Below are positions 8,441 through 20,262 of a stretch of DNA of 64,000 nucleotides, piece after piece. Source of the stretch: Fibrobacteria bacterium. GTDB lineage: Bacteria > Fibrobacterota > Fibrobacteria > UBA11236. Position numbers and translations under genes: made by a program. Position 1 is the stretch's first letter. Each line of letters opens with the position of its first letter. Where the stretch lies: NCBI GenBank assembly GCA_050486505.1, contig JBJHDK010000002.1, positions 15,277 through 79,276 of the forward strand, read 5' to 3'. Under the pieces are notes generated by a model. That model saw nothing but the letters and a program-made list of their open reading frames with translations, had not been told where the DNA came from and made no database searches.

Positions 8441-10255
8441 CTATTCGGAAAACCGCACCCGCAAAAGCCCTGCGCGCAGCTGCACGGGGATCCCGACGCG
8501 GGTTTCGCCATCCGCGCGCAGGGCGGCATGGAGGCGGCGCCCCTGAAGGTCGAAGAGCTCGACCCTGCGCATTCCCTGCGGCCACGCCAGATCGCCCCCC
8601 CGATGCACATGCAGGAAGCCCTGCACCTGGCGTTCGCGCATCTCCGTTGCGGTACGCCGCACGCTCACCGGCAGACAGCTTCCGGTATATTCGATCCGGG
8701 CGATGCGGGTGGCATTCGAGGACTGGAAGAATCCGGCCGCGTAATGCGCCACGTACAACGCCCCATCGTGGGGGCCGACCTGGATGTCGATCATCCCGAC
8801 CGCGCCCGAAGGCCTGAACGTCGCCGCAAAGCCGGGGAAATCCTCGACCGAAACGACCTCCGTCCCCGAATCATTGAGGGTGACGAGCTTGACCCAGTTC
8901 CGGGCGTTCTCGAAAATCAACCACTTGCCGTCGAGATGAGGCGGCATCTTGACCAACGACGCAAGCGTTCCCTTGTAGCGCAGCATCGGGCCGCTGAATG
9001 CCGACGTGTTGCTGACGGTCCCGAAACCGTAAGCGGGATTGTTCTGGCCGCTGTTCCTCGAGATCGGCAAGATGGACGGCTCCGCCGGGGTCAGGCGCGT
9101 GACGCCCGTGTTCAGGGGAGAGTTGTTGAACACGCTGTCCGGATTCTGCGGGGGAAGGCTGTAGCTCGAGCTTGCCGGGTTCCACATGGCGTAGCCACGG
9201 TTCGGCCCGACGAAATAAGGCCAGCCGTGAAACCCCGGGCCGCGGACGACATTGAACTCATCGTTTCCGACCGGACCACGCGATGCGGTGGTGGAGACGT
9301 TGTCGGGACCGACATCTCCGTAGAACAGCCAGCCCGTCTCCTTGTCCACGTGCAGGCTGTAGGGGTTGCGATGCCCCAGCGTGTAGATCTCGGGAAGGAT
9401 CTTCGTCGTGTCTTCGCCCGCGACCCATGCCCCGCCAAGCTGCCGGTAAACGTCGCGATAATTCCCCGGAGGAATGGAGTAGCCCTTTTCGGAACCATCG
9501 GGCTTGATGCGGAAGATCTTGCCGCGCCAGTCCATGGTGTTGGTCACCGCCGCCTGGTTGTCCTGCGTCGGGTTGTTCGAGTTCATGGGCGCGAAGTTGT
9601 CGGAGTTCTCGACGTTGTTGCCTGTGCTGAAGTACAGGTTGCCGTCGGCATCCCAGCTCATGGCGCCGCCCTGATGACAGCAAATGCCCATGCTCCACGG
9701 CATGTCGATGAGCACCTTCTCGCTGGCCGGGTCGAAGTCTCCATTGGGTAGCACGGTGAAGCGTGAAAGGCGGTTGAGCTCGCCGAGCGCCACGCGGGGG
9801 TTGTAGATCACGTAGGCTTGGCGGTTGGTTTCGAAGTCGGGATCGAATGTGACGTAGCGAAGCCCGTACTCGCGGCTGTTGCCGGCGAGCTGCCCGGTGC
9901 CGAGCCCGGTGGACACTTCGAGGGTCAGCACGGTGCGCGCCGTGTTGGTGGCGGGATCGAACGCCCTGATGCGCCCGGTGGTGTTGTTCGTCGAATTCGT
10001 CAAGGTCGTGCGCCGCTCGGTCCAGTACACCGTGCCGTCGGTGTGCACGTGCAGGCCCACCGGTTCGATCATGTTCGGATCGTGGACGATCGCATTCTGG
10101 TTCGCCCCGCGCGCAACCAGCACCACCTCGCGAAAATCCGAAGGTGCAAGATCGGGGCACCCGGGCCATGTCAGGGCGCCATGCGACAGGCCGACCCCGG
10201 CCCCTGCGAACAGCACGGCGGAAACGAGGGGATAAATGGGGGGACGGGTGGGCAT
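8441..10255 (-). CDS. Secreted PQQ-dependent sugar (glucose/sorbosone) dehydrogenase-like protein with C-terminal sorting-like domain
   Basis: Signal peptide; CCHQGG, GKIFRI, PEIYTLGHRNPY, GDVGPD, GFHGWPYF motifs; C-terminal VELFDLQGRR...LRVRF. Confidence 0.85.
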   Translation of the reverse strand: MPTRPPIYPLVSAVLFAGAGVGLSHGALTWPGCPDLAPSDFREVVLVARGANQNAIVHDPNMIEPVGLHVHTDGTVYWTERRTTLTNSTNNTTGRIRAFDPATNTARTVLTLEVSTGLGTGQLAGNSREYGLRYVTFDPDFETNRQAYVIYNPRVALGELNRLSRFTVLPNGDFDPASEKVLIDMPWSMGICCHQGGAMSWDADGNLYFSTGNNVENSDNFAPMNSNNPTQDNQAAVTNTMDWRGKIFRIKPDGSEKGYSIPPGNYRDVYRQLGGAWVAGEDTTKILPEIYTLGHRNPYSLHVDKETGWLFYGDVGPDNVSTTASRGPVGNDEFNVVRGPGFHGWPYFVGPNRGYAMWNPASSSYSLPPQNPDSVFNNSPLNTGVTRLTPAEPSILPISRNSGQNNPAYGFGTVSNTSAFSGPMLRYKGTLASLVKMPPHLDGKWLIFENARNWVKLVTLNDSGTEVVSVEDFPGFAATFRPSGAVGMIDIQVGPHDGALYVAHYAAGFFQSSNATRIARIEYTGSCLPVSVRRTATEMRERQVQGFLHVHRGGDLAWPQGMRRVELFDLQGRRLHAALRADGETRVGIPVQLRAGLLRVRFSE

Positions 10256-10501
10256 GAGTGCTCCGGACGGAGGTGAATGAAGTGTTTTCATTGTAACACG
10301 AAACCGCTTCGTTCGCCTTCCGTTTTCACGGAATCGGAACCCCGGGGGCAAAACTGCCGGAGATCGGGCCGAAAACCGTCCTCCCGTCCGCCTCCCTGAT
10401 TGATTCTGCCCGCCGGTCTAGGTAAGTTTCCCCGACAGCAAGGGGATACGCCGGCCCGGGACTTTTCACCCCGGAGCGCCCGATCCTCCGGAGACCGCCG
10501 C

Positions 10502-12073
10502 ATGAAAGTCCTCTTCCTGAACCCTCCCTATTTCCCGATGTTTTCACGGGAATCCCGCAGCCCGAGCGTGACCAAGTCCAGCACCCTGTACTGGCCCATG
10601 TTCATGTGCTACGCCGCAGGTTGCGTCGAGGAGGACGGGAACGAATTGCTGGTGCTCGACTCCCCGGCCATGGACCTGGATCTCGCCGCCACGCTCGAAA
10701 AGGTGAAGGCCTTCAAGCCCGACTTTGCCGTCCTGAACACCTCGACACCCTCCATCAACAACGACATGCGCGTCGGCAAGGCGATCAAGGAAGCCGTGGG
10801 ATGCCCCATTGCCATGATGGGAACGCACGCCACCGCAGAACCGATCGAGATCCTCGAGCGCGAGCCCGCCATCGACTACGTCATCATGGGCGAGGCGGAC
10901 TACACCGCCCGTGAGCTGGTGCGGCACCTGCGCGGCGACGGTCCCGACGCGATCGCGAAGGTCGCGGGAATCGCCTACCGCACGGGGGACGACTTCCATA
11001 AAACCCCCGAGCGCCCGAAGATCGAGGATCTCGACTCCCTGCCGTGGGTCAGCAAGGTGTACCGCAAGCACCTGTTCTCCTGCTACAAGCGTTACTTCTA
11101 CGGGGCGAACATCAACCCCCTCATCGTCATCCTTTCGGGACGCGGGTGTCCGTTCCGCTGCACCTACTGCGTCATCCCCCAGACGTTGACCGGCCACACC
11201 TACCGCAAGCGCTCCATCGGCGATGTCGTGGACGAACTGGAATACATCAAATCCGCGTTCCCGGATCTGGGCGAAGTGTTCTTCGAGGACGACACCTTCA
11301 CGGCCCACCCCACCCGCACCGCCGAACTTTGCGACGAGATCGTCAGGCGCGGGTTGAAGATCACCTGGTCCGCCAACGCCCGCGCCGACGTGAAGCCGGA
11401 TGTCTTGTTGAAGATGAAGCAGGCAGGGTGCCGGGAACTCTGCGTGGGCTTCGAATCCTGTTCCACCGATGTGCTCAAGAACGTCAAGAAGGGTCTGGCC
11501 AACGGCATGTCGGAACGCTTCATGGAAGGCGCCAACAAGGCGGGCATCCTCATCCACGGCTGCTTCATGGTGGGGAACCTCGGCGACACCCCGGAAACCC
11601 TGCAGGCCACGCTCGAGTTCGCGAAAAAACTGAACCCGAATACCGCACAGTTCTATCCCATCATGGCCTATCCCGGAACCTCCGCCTACGAAGAGGCACG
11701 GGCGCGCGGCGAACTCGCTTCCGAAGACTACGACAAATGGCTCGACAAGGACGGCCAGCACAACACCACCGTCATCCGCAAAGGGCTGACCTCGCAGCAG
11801 CTGGTTGATTTCTGCGACCGCGCGCGGCGCGAATTCTACCTCCGTCCCCGCTACGTGTGGAAGCAGGCGATGATGGCCCTGACCAACAGCCGCGAGCGCT
11901 ACCGCGTCTTCCGCGGCGCGGGCACCCTCTTCCGGCATCTCTTCCGCAAGCACGGAGCGCCGCAGGCGGCCAGCGAATACTCCGGGCGCCCCAAGGAGCC
12001 CTCGGCCCGCGAATTGACGGCCGCCCAGAAGGTGTCCTCCACCGAACGGCAAACTGTTTCCACGGACGCGTGA
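10502..12073 (+). CDS. B12-binding radical SAM protein (HpnJ-like)
   Basis: KVLFLNPP N-terminus, GRGCPFRCTYC cluster motif, FFEDDTFT, CVGFES, IHGCFMVG, YPGT. Confidence 0.88.
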   Translation: MKVLFLNPPYFPMFSRESRSPSVTKSSTLYWPMFMCYAAGCVEEDGNELLVLDSPAMDLDLAATLEKVKAFKPDFAVLNTSTPSINNDMRVGKAIKEAVGCPIAMMGTHATAEPIEILEREPAIDYVIMGEADYTARELVRHLRGDGPDAIAKVAGIAYRTGDDFHKTPERPKIEDLDSLPWVSKVYRKHLFSCYKRYFYGANINPLIVILSGRGCPFRCTYCVIPQTLTGHTYRKRSIGDVVDELEYIKSAFPDLGEVFFEDDTFTAHPTRTAELCDEIVRRGLKITWSANARADVKPDVLLKMKQAGCRELCVGFESCSTDVLKNVKKGLANGMSERFMEGANKAGILIHGCFMVGNLGDTPETLQATLEFAKKLNPNTAQFYPIMAYPGTSAYEEARARGELASEDYDKWLDKDGQHNTTVIRKGLTSQQLVDFCDRARREFYLRPRYVWKQAMMALTNSRERYRVFRGAGTLFRHLFRKHGAPQAASEYSGRPKEPSARELTAAQKVSSTERQTVSTDA

Positions 12074-12756
12074 ACGCCCCTCTGAGAATCGCCGTCCTCG
12101 CCTCGGGGGGCGGCTCCAACTTCCAGGCCCTTCTGGATCATGCCCGCGCCGGAGACCTCCCGGCGCGGTTCGTTTTCGTGGCATCCAACAACAGCAGGGC
12201 CGGAGCACTCGAGCGGGCAAGGTCCGCCGGGATTCCAGCCCACCACGTCAGTGCCCGCACCGAAGGATCGGAAGAGGCCGCCGTTGCGCGCCTCCTGTCC
12301 CTGCTCGACGCGCATTCGCCGGACCTGCTGGTGCTCGCGGGCTTCATGAAAAAAGTCCCCGACGAGATTCTCGCCCGCATGAAAAACCGCGTGGTCAATA
12401 TCCATCCGGCGCTGCTCCCCGAATTCGGAGGCGCGGGAATGTACGGCGCCCACGTGCACGAGGCCGTCGTGAACGCCGGCCGCAAGGAGTCGGGGATGAC
12501 CGTGCACATGGTCAACGGCGAATACGACAAGGGACAGGTCGTGCTGCAGCGCCGCGTCTCCCTTCCTTCCGGCGCCGACGCGGATGAAGCCGGCCGGCGC
12601 GTGCTCGCGCTGGAACACGACAGCCTCTGGCGTGTTCTCAAAGGCTTCGCGGACGGCGACATCGTTCCCACGGAATACGATGATCCCGCACGGGCCGTCC
12701 GCATCAACCCCGATTGGGCGGCGCGCATGCAGGCGCTCGCCCCCCCCAACGCGTGA
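12070..12756 (+). CDS. purN: Phosphoribosylglycinamide formyltransferase
   Basis: IAVLASGGGSNFQAL, LAGFM, NIHPALLPEFGGAGMYG, GMTVHMV; GTG overlaps the upstream stop. Confidence 0.96.
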   Translation: MNAPLRIAVLASGGGSNFQALLDHARAGDLPARFVFVASNNSRAGALERARSAGIPAHHVSARTEGSEEAAVARLLSLLDAHSPDLLVLAGFMKKVPDEILARMKNRVVNIHPALLPEFGGAGMYGAHVHEAVVNAGRKESGMTVHMVNGEYDKGQVVLQRRVSLPSGADADEAGRRVLALEHDSLWRVLKGFADGDIVPTEYDDPARAVRINPDWAARMQALAPPNA

Positions 12757-13409
12757 GAGCGGACCCCTGGCCCGCGCTGCTCGCGCACGATCTTGCCTTC
12801 GCGGCGCGCGGGCCCGTCTGCGGGATCGACGAAGTCGGGCGCGGCCCCCTCGCGGGAAACGTGGTGGCGGCCTGTGTCATTCTCGACCTCGGGAATGACG
12901 GGGGTTCCCTTCCCGGCCTGAACGACTCCAAACGGGTCTCTCCGGTGAAGCGCTCCCTTCTGGACGCGCGTATCCGGGAGACCGCCGTCGCGTTCTCCAT
13001 CGGTGAAGCGACTCCCCGGGAAATCGACGACATCAACATCCTTCAGGCCACTTTTCTCGCCATGCGTCGCGCCATTGACGCCTTGCCGGTGCGCCCGGGC
13101 CTCCTCCTTGTGGACGGGAACCAAATACTCCCAGGCATCGACATCCCGCAAGTCTCACTCGTCGGAGGCGACGGGCTCTCCGCCTCCATCGCCGCGGCGT
13201 CGATCCTTGCGAAGGTTGCCCGCGACCGGCAGCTCGAGCAGGCGGGGATGCAATGGCCGGGATACGGGTTCGAGCGGCACAAGGGTTATGGCACCGCCGA
13301 GCATCGCAAAGCACTCCTCCACCAAGGGTTCACGCCCCTGCACCGGAAGACATTCTGCAGCGCGATTCTGGATGCACGCGAATCACCGATCACGGAGGTT
13401 CCCCGATGA
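12753..13409 (+). CDS. rnhB: Ribonuclease HII
   Basis: GIDEVGRGPLAG, LNDSK, INILQAT, SIAAASILAKVARD, HKGYGT. Confidence 0.96.
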   Translation: MRADPWPALLAHDLAFAARGPVCGIDEVGRGPLAGNVVAACVILDLGNDGGSLPGLNDSKRVSPVKRSLLDARIRETAVAFSIGEATPREIDDINILQATFLAMRRAIDALPVRPGLLLVDGNQILPGIDIPQVSLVGGDGLSASIAAASILAKVARDRQLEQAGMQWPGYGFERHKGYGTAEHRKALLHQGFTPLHRKTFCSAILDARESPITEVPR

Positions 13410-14416
13410 GGGCCTCGAAGGCAAAGCCAGCCCCCTCGAAAATGCGTTCCTGGGTTTCAAACGCAGCGCGTATCGGTATCGGCATCTTCGTGGTGTGGGC
13501 GCTGGTACGCACCGGTGCGCTCAAGCCCGAGTTGCTCGGAGACGCAATCACGGGGCATCCGTTCCTGTATGCGACGGCCTTTTTCGTGTATCTCGTGCCG
13601 CTGCAAATCCTCGCCTGCGGACGCTGGTACTGGCTCCTGCGTTCGGCGAAAGTTTCCATCACCCTGAAGGAAACCGCTCGCCTGCATTTCACGGGTCTTT
13701 TTTTCAGCGGCTTTCTTCCCGGCGGCATGGGGGGAGATCTGGTGAAGGGATGGTACCTCGTGCGGGGACGCGACCGGATCGAAGGCGCGGCGGCGCTGGG
13801 GACGCTGGTGGTCGATCGCATCATCGGCCTCTTCGGACTCATCGGTCTGGCGGCACTGACCACGCTGTTCAACGCCGGGGTATGGAAAGCTTCGCCCGTC
13901 CTGGCAACGCAGTCGACCGTTATTCTCGCGGCTGCCGGCGGCATGCTGGCGATGACCTTCGCGTATCTCTCGCCTTGGAAGCCACGCTGGCTTCCGGAAC
14001 CTGCACGCGAGGGTAATGCCCGGGGATTCCTGATGGAACTCGCAGCGGCGCTCACGGCTTTCCGGAGCGCACCGCGCGTCTTCGTCGGAGGCATCCTCAT
14101 TTCCATGATGGTACACTTCTGCCTCGTCACGGTGTACGCCCTTTGCGGCGGCGCCCTCGAGGTCCCGCTCTCCTTCCGCTTGCATGCCTATGTCGCGCCC
14201 GTGCTGACCTTCGTGAACGGAATTCCCATTTCGCCTGGGGGCCTCGGCGTGGGCGAAGCGGCGGGCATGGTGCTCTACGATCTGGCCGGCGCGCCGCACT
14301 CCCAAGCGGAGATCCCCGCACTCGTGCGAACGATCGTGTTGATGACCGCGCTTCTCAGCGCGCCGGCATATCTCTTCATCAAGCAACAGAGGACGGGCCG
14401 TTCCGAAAACGCCTGA
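13406..14416 (+). CDS. UPF0104 / lysylphosphatidylglycerol synthase TM-domain (flippase-like) protein
   Basis: RW motif, FLPGGMGGDLVK, VDRIIG, PISPGGLGVGE; multiple TM segments. Confidence 0.88.
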   Translation: MRASKAKPAPSKMRSWVSNAARIGIGIFVVWALVRTGALKPELLGDAITGHPFLYATAFFVYLVPLQILACGRWYWLLRSAKVSITLKETARLHFTGLFFSGFLPGGMGGDLVKGWYLVRGRDRIEGAAALGTLVVDRIIGLFGLIGLAALTTLFNAGVWKASPVLATQSTVILAAAGGMLAMTFAYLSPWKPRWLPEPAREGNARGFLMELAAALTAFRSAPRVFVGGILISMMVHFCLVTVYALCGGALEVPLSFRLHAYVAPVLTFVNGIPISPGGLGVGEAAGMVLYDLAGAPHSQAEIPALVRTIVLMTALLSAPAYLFIKQQRTGRSENA

Positions 14417-14506
14417 CGCCCCCGAGGAGGCTCCGACCTCCGCGGCCGCGGCCCTCATGAACTAACTTCCCCGGCAAGCACGCGACAGCGAACCCCCGGA
14501 GGCAGC

Positions 14507-14692
14507 ATGGATTTCACCAAACCCCGTACATGGACCGTGGCAGAGATCGGCTGCCTGAAGTGGGCATCCATTCTCATCGGCGCTGTGATCGGCGCCTACA
14601 TCCCCGATCTGGTCAAGCAATACGTTTGGGTCTTCGTGATCTCGGCGGCCATCCTTTCCATCAAGCCGATCTCGGGGTACTTCCGAAAGTGA
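14507..14692 (+). CDS. Small two-TM membrane protein
   Basis: GGAGG RBS; 61 aa with two hydrophobic segments. Confidence 0.7.
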   Translation: MDFTKPRTWTVAEIGCLKWASILIGAVIGAYIPDLVKQYVWVFVISAAILSIKPISGYFRK

Positions 14693-14735
14693 ACCCGAAA
14701 ACCCTGACGCTCCGAACGCATTCCCCCACCCCCAC

Positions 14736-14784
14736 CTCCCAACTCCCAACTCCCAACTCCCAACTCATAACTCGTAACTCGTAA
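14736..14784. repeat. Heptamer tandem repeat
   Basis: (CTCCCAA)x4 CTCATAA (CTCGTAA)x2. Confidence 0.85.
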
Positions 14785-14790
14785 CTCAAC

Positions 14791-15744
14791 ATGGGCACCT
14801 TCCAGCTCGCGGCCACGGTTATCGCAGCCGTCATGCTGTTCCTGCACAGCCTGCAGTCCTTCTCGCGCGAAGTGCGCGTGCTGGGGCGCGACCGCCTACG
14901 CCTGTGGCTTGCGGCTGCGACGAAGAACCGCATTTACGGATTCACCCTCGGCGCGCTTTTCACGGCCCTGGTACAATCCTCGAGCGCAGTGTCGGCGCTG
15001 GCCATCGCCCTTGTCAACGGGGGCATGCTTTCCTTCACAGGTTCGCTTTCGGTGCTGCTGGGAGCGAAGGTCGGCACGACCATCACCGCGTGGCTGGTGA
15101 GCTTCAAGCTGACGGGGCTGGGTGCCTACGCCATCATCCTCGGCACCGTGATCTCGATGCTTCCCTACGGCATGCGGGTCATCGGCAAAAGCGTCTTTTA
15201 CTTCGGGCTCATTTTCCTTTCGCTTGATTTGATTTCCACGGCACTGAGGCCCCTCCAGGACGATCCATGGCTGATCGACATCCTCTCCCTGGCCGCGACG
15301 CCATGGATCGGCGTGATCGTGGGCGCGCTCGCCACGGCTCTGTTGCAGTCCTCGAGCGTGACGGCGGGTCTCGCCGTGCTGCTGGTGCTGCAGGGAGTTC
15401 TCGACCCGACGGGCGGCGTGGCCATCGTGATCGGGGCGAATGTCGGAACGACCGCGACAGCGCTCATCGCAAGCATCCCGATGGACCGCCCGGCCAAGCG
15501 GGCGGCGCTCGCGTATCTCTTGTTCAACGGCACAGGCGCGCTCCTCTTCCTTCCCTTCATCCAGCCCTTCGCGACATTCACGCTCGGGCTGGTCGACACG
15601 CCCGCGGTGGGCGTGGCCTTGGCGCAGTTGTTGTTCAACCTGAGCACGGCCATTCTGTTCCTGCCCTTGCTCGGTCCGATCGGCCGATGGCTCGACCCCA
15701 GCGCCGGCCCGGATCTGCTGGCCGACATGCCCAGGCCCAAATAG
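14791..15744 (+). CDS. Na/Pi cotransporter family protein
   Basis: Duplicated TALVQSSSA...GAKVGTTITA and TALLQSSSV...GANVGTTATA repeats. Confidence 0.92.
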   Translation: MGTFQLAATVIAAVMLFLHSLQSFSREVRVLGRDRLRLWLAAATKNRIYGFTLGALFTALVQSSSAVSALAIALVNGGMLSFTGSLSVLLGAKVGTTITAWLVSFKLTGLGAYAIILGTVISMLPYGMRVIGKSVFYFGLIFLSLDLISTALRPLQDDPWLIDILSLAATPWIGVIVGALATALLQSSSVTAGLAVLLVLQGVLDPTGGVAIVIGANVGTTATALIASIPMDRPAKRAALAYLLFNGTGALLFLPFIQPFATFTLGLVDTPAVGVALAQLLFNLSTAILFLPLLGPIGRWLDPSAGPDLLADMPRPK

Positions 15745-15798
15745 TTAGATGTATCATGTTCTTGTGAACACGTGTGAATCCTCACAAAGGAGGTTAAC

Positions 15799-16386
15799 AT
15801 GGGATTTCGTATCCCCCCGGCCGCAATGATCCTGATTGCGGCTTTCCTGACGGTCACCAGCACTCCGGTTTTCGGCGAGACCGGAGAGGGGGGCAAGTAT
15901 TCCATCGGTTTCGGTGCCGGCCTCACGGGAGGGTTCGGGCTTTCCTTCAAATACTGGATCGACGAAAAGAGCGCGCTCCAAATCAACTTTCTTCCGTTGT
16001 ATTTCGAGGAAAAGTACCCCGAGGACGGAGACTACTACTTCGACCCGAGAATCAGCGGATACTCAAACGAAGGAATGATCAGCCTGGGCGCACTTTACAA
16101 GCACGAGCTCGGAAGCGCGCAAAGCATGGGCCTGTCGGTTTTCACATATGGCGGCGGCAACTGGCTGGGAATCTTCAACAACAAGGACTACCGAACCGAA
16201 ACGCGGATTGTGAAGAGCAACGAAACGCGGCACATTTCCTCTGCAGGCGGGGGGTTCGGAGGAACCCTGACCATCTGGCGCATAGAACTTTCCGGCATGC
16301 TGGGGTTTTTCGGGTCATACGACGCTTTTTCCGGTACGAAGAGCCTTTTGCCTTCCATCGATGCCGCTGCGCACTTTCGCCTTTGA
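15799..16386 (+). CDS. Hypothetical outer-membrane beta-barrel-like protein
   Basis: AGGAGG RBS, signal peptide, GFGAGLTGGFGLSFKYW, alternating strands, C-terminal HFRL. Confidence 0.7.
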   Translation: MGFRIPPAAMILIAAFLTVTSTPVFGETGEGGKYSIGFGAGLTGGFGLSFKYWIDEKSALQINFLPLYFEEKYPEDGDYYFDPRISGYSNEGMISLGALYKHELGSAQSMGLSVFTYGGGNWLGIFNNKDYRTETRIVKSNETRHISSAGGGFGGTLTIWRIELSGMLGFFGSYDAFSGTKSLLPSIDAAAHFRL

Positions 16387-16527
16387 CGCGAAGAACGCAT
16401 CCCGGTCCGACTTTTCGCTTGCTTCGACGGAGTCCCTTCGTATACTGAAGTGTAGGGGCCCGTCCGTGGCGATGGCAGGATCCGGTGTCGCGGACGAGCC
16501 CTCCTTTACCCCGCAAAGGAGGATGTC

Positions 16528-16830
16528 ATGAGCGACGCAAAAGAAGACAAAGAACTCTACCGCCAAAAGCGACAGGCGCAGCTTGACGAATGGAAAGCCG
16601 AACTTGATCGCCTGAAGGCCAAGGCCATGGGTGCCAAGGCCGATGCGCAAATCGCCATCAACAAGCAGATCGAAGCCCTCGAGCCGAAACTCAAGGACGC
16701 CCGCGCCAAGCTTTCCGAATTGTCCTCGGCGAGCGGCGAAGCGTGGCATTCCCTGAAGCACGGGGTCGAATCCGCGTGGGATTCGATCAAGTCATCCGTG
16801 TCGGAGGCTTCGGACAAGTTCCGGAAGTGA
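16528..16830 (+). CDS. Coiled-coil stress-response-like small protein
   Basis: AGGAGG RBS; AQLDEWKAELDRLKAKA...AWHSLKHGVESAW pattern. Confidence 0.8.
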   Translation: MSDAKEDKELYRQKRQAQLDEWKAELDRLKAKAMGAKADAQIAINKQIEALEPKLKDARAKLSELSSASGEAWHSLKHGVESAWDSIKSSVSEASDKFRK

Positions 16831-16881
16831 CGCTCGGAAAAGCACGTCGCGCGGGAGGTTCCTGCTAACTTTCCGCGCGAC

Positions 16882-18396
16882 GTGACCACGGAGCCACCCC
16901 CGAACACAGAACTGCAGACGCAGGACACCCCCCGTCCCTCCCCCGAGGCCGAGACGCGTCTCCTGCGTCGCAAGATCCGACGCACCATCGCCGCCGCGGC
17001 CATCGGGGCGCACCTACTCGGCATTCTATCGTCGTTCGACGCCGTCATGTCGACGCGCACCTCGCAAGGCGCGGTGGCTTGGGTCATCTCGCTCAACACC
17101 TTCCCCTGGCTCGCCGTGCCCGCCTACTGGGTATTCGGGCGCACCAAGTTCCAGGGATACGTGATCGGCCGGCAAGCCGACGACTCGGTGCTGCATGCGG
17201 CCGTCTCCGAAAAGCTCGACCGCTTGCGCGAGCACGCCGCGACATTCCCGCCCGAGGCACGCCACCTCAAGGTGATCGAGCGCCTGGCGAAAATGCCGAT
17301 GGTCGGAGGCAATCGCGCCGAACTTCTGATCGACGGCGACGCGACCTTCTCGAGCATGTACGCCGGCATCGAGGCGGCGGAGCGCTACGTGCTGATGCAG
17401 TTCTACATCGTGCGCAACGACTCGGTGGGAAACGCTTTCCAGCGGCTGTTGATGCGCAAGGCCCGCGAGGGCGTGAAGGTGTACTTCCTGTACGACGAAA
17501 TCGGCAGCCACCGCTTGCCGGGTTCGTGGCTGCGCGAGATGGCCGCGTCGGGCGTGGAGGTGCGGCGCTTCCATTCGACACAGGGACGGGGAAACCGCTT
17601 CCAGCTGAATTTCCGCAACCACCGCAAAATCCTCGTGACCGACGGAACGAAGGGTTGGGTGGGGGGACTCAACCTGGGCGACGAGTATTTGGGGCGCGAT
17701 CCTCGCATCGGTCCATGGCGCGACACGCACCTGAAGCTGGAGGGCCCCGCCGCGCTTTCGCTTCAATTGTCTTTCGCCGAGGATTGGCACTGGGCGGCGG
17801 GGGCGCTTCCCGAGCTCGACTGGGATCCCGTTCCGGCCGAGGAGCCCGGCCTGCCGGTGCTCGTGCTTCCCTCGGGTCCCGCCGACCGTTTCGAAACCGC
17901 GAGCCTGATGGCTCAGAACGCCATTCATTCGGCGCAGCACCGGCTGTGGATCTCGAGCCCGTACTTCGTGCCCGACGAAGGGGTCATCGCCGCGCTCAAA
18001 CTGGCGGCCTTCCGAGGCGTCGACGTGCGCGTGCTCATCCCCGAGCGTCCCGACAACATCCTGACCTATTTCGCGGCCTATGCCTTCCTCGGCCCGCTGC
18101 TCGAGGCCGGGGTCGCGGTCCACCGATATGAGGACGGATTCCTGCACGCGAAAACGATGCTGATCGACGACGATCGCTCCGCCGTGGGAACGGTGAATTT
18201 CGACAATCGCTCCTTCCGCCTCAACTTCGAGATCACGGCCTGGGTCGTGGACGAGGGCTTCGCCACGGGAATGGAAGCGATGTTCAGCGACGACTTTTCC
18301 CGGGCCCGGCAGATGGTGCCCGAGGATGTTTTCGGGCGTCCCCTGTGGTTCCGGGCACTTTCCCGGGCGGCGCACCTGACCGCCCCGTTGTTGTAA
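16882..18396 (+). CDS. cls: Cardiolipin synthase
   Basis: N-terminal TM pair, two PLD HKD motifs (RNHRKILVTDG; FLHAKTMLIDD), SPYFVP, NFDNRSFRLNFE. Confidence 0.95.
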   Translation: MTTEPPPNTELQTQDTPRPSPEAETRLLRRKIRRTIAAAAIGAHLLGILSSFDAVMSTRTSQGAVAWVISLNTFPWLAVPAYWVFGRTKFQGYVIGRQADDSVLHAAVSEKLDRLREHAATFPPEARHLKVIERLAKMPMVGGNRAELLIDGDATFSSMYAGIEAAERYVLMQFYIVRNDSVGNAFQRLLMRKAREGVKVYFLYDEIGSHRLPGSWLREMAASGVEVRRFHSTQGRGNRFQLNFRNHRKILVTDGTKGWVGGLNLGDEYLGRDPRIGPWRDTHLKLEGPAALSLQLSFAEDWHWAAGALPELDWDPVPAEEPGLPVLVLPSGPADRFETASLMAQNAIHSAQHRLWISSPYFVPDEGVIAALKLAAFRGVDVRVLIPERPDNILTYFAAYAFLGPLLEAGVAVHRYEDGFLHAKTMLIDDDRSAVGTVNFDNRSFRLNFEITAWVVDEGFATGMEAMFSDDFSRARQMVPEDVFGRPLWFRALSRAAHLTAPLL

Positions 18397-18432
18397 GCCG
18401 CGGACATTGACCGCTCGGGCGGGAATCCATAG

Positions 18433-19773
<1,341 letters not shown>

Positions 19774-19878
19774 GCGGCCTCCGGAACAGCACCGCGCTTC
19801 GGGATTTTCCCCGGAGCGCGGGCGTCTTTCTTGGTATACTGATACAGCGTTTTCACCTCTATTTTTCAGGAGTTTTTC

Positions 19879-20211
19879 ATGCACGTCCAGGTCAACACAG
19901 ACAACCAGATCGAAGGCCATGAGCGGATGATCCAGTACACGCAGAAATTGGTGGGGGGCGCGCTGGAGCGATTCGGTGATTGGGTGACCCGTGTCGAGGT
20001 GCACCTGACCGACGAGAACAGTGCCGCCAAGGATGTCGGGAACGACAAGCGCTGCGTGATGGAAGCCCGCATCGCCGGTCGCCAGCCTTCCGCGGTCACA
20101 CATTTCGCCCCCTCCATCGACGAAGCCTTGAACGGGGCGCTCGTGAAACTCGAGAAAGTCCTCAACAACATGCAGGAGAAGGATCAGGACGCGCGCCATC
20201 GCGTGAAATAA
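19879..20211 (+). CDS. HPF/RaiA family ribosome-associated protein
   Basis: VQVNTDNQIEG, TRVEVHLTDEN, DKRCVMEAR; AGGAG RBS. Confidence 0.85.
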   Translation: MHVQVNTDNQIEGHERMIQYTQKLVGGALERFGDWVTRVEVHLTDENSAAKDVGNDKRCVMEARIAGRQPSAVTHFAPSIDEALNGALVKLEKVLNNMQEKDQDARHRVK

Positions 20212-20262
20212 GGCGCCCAGCCCGGCGCTTTCGCCGAAATTGATTTTGAGAGCTATCCTATT

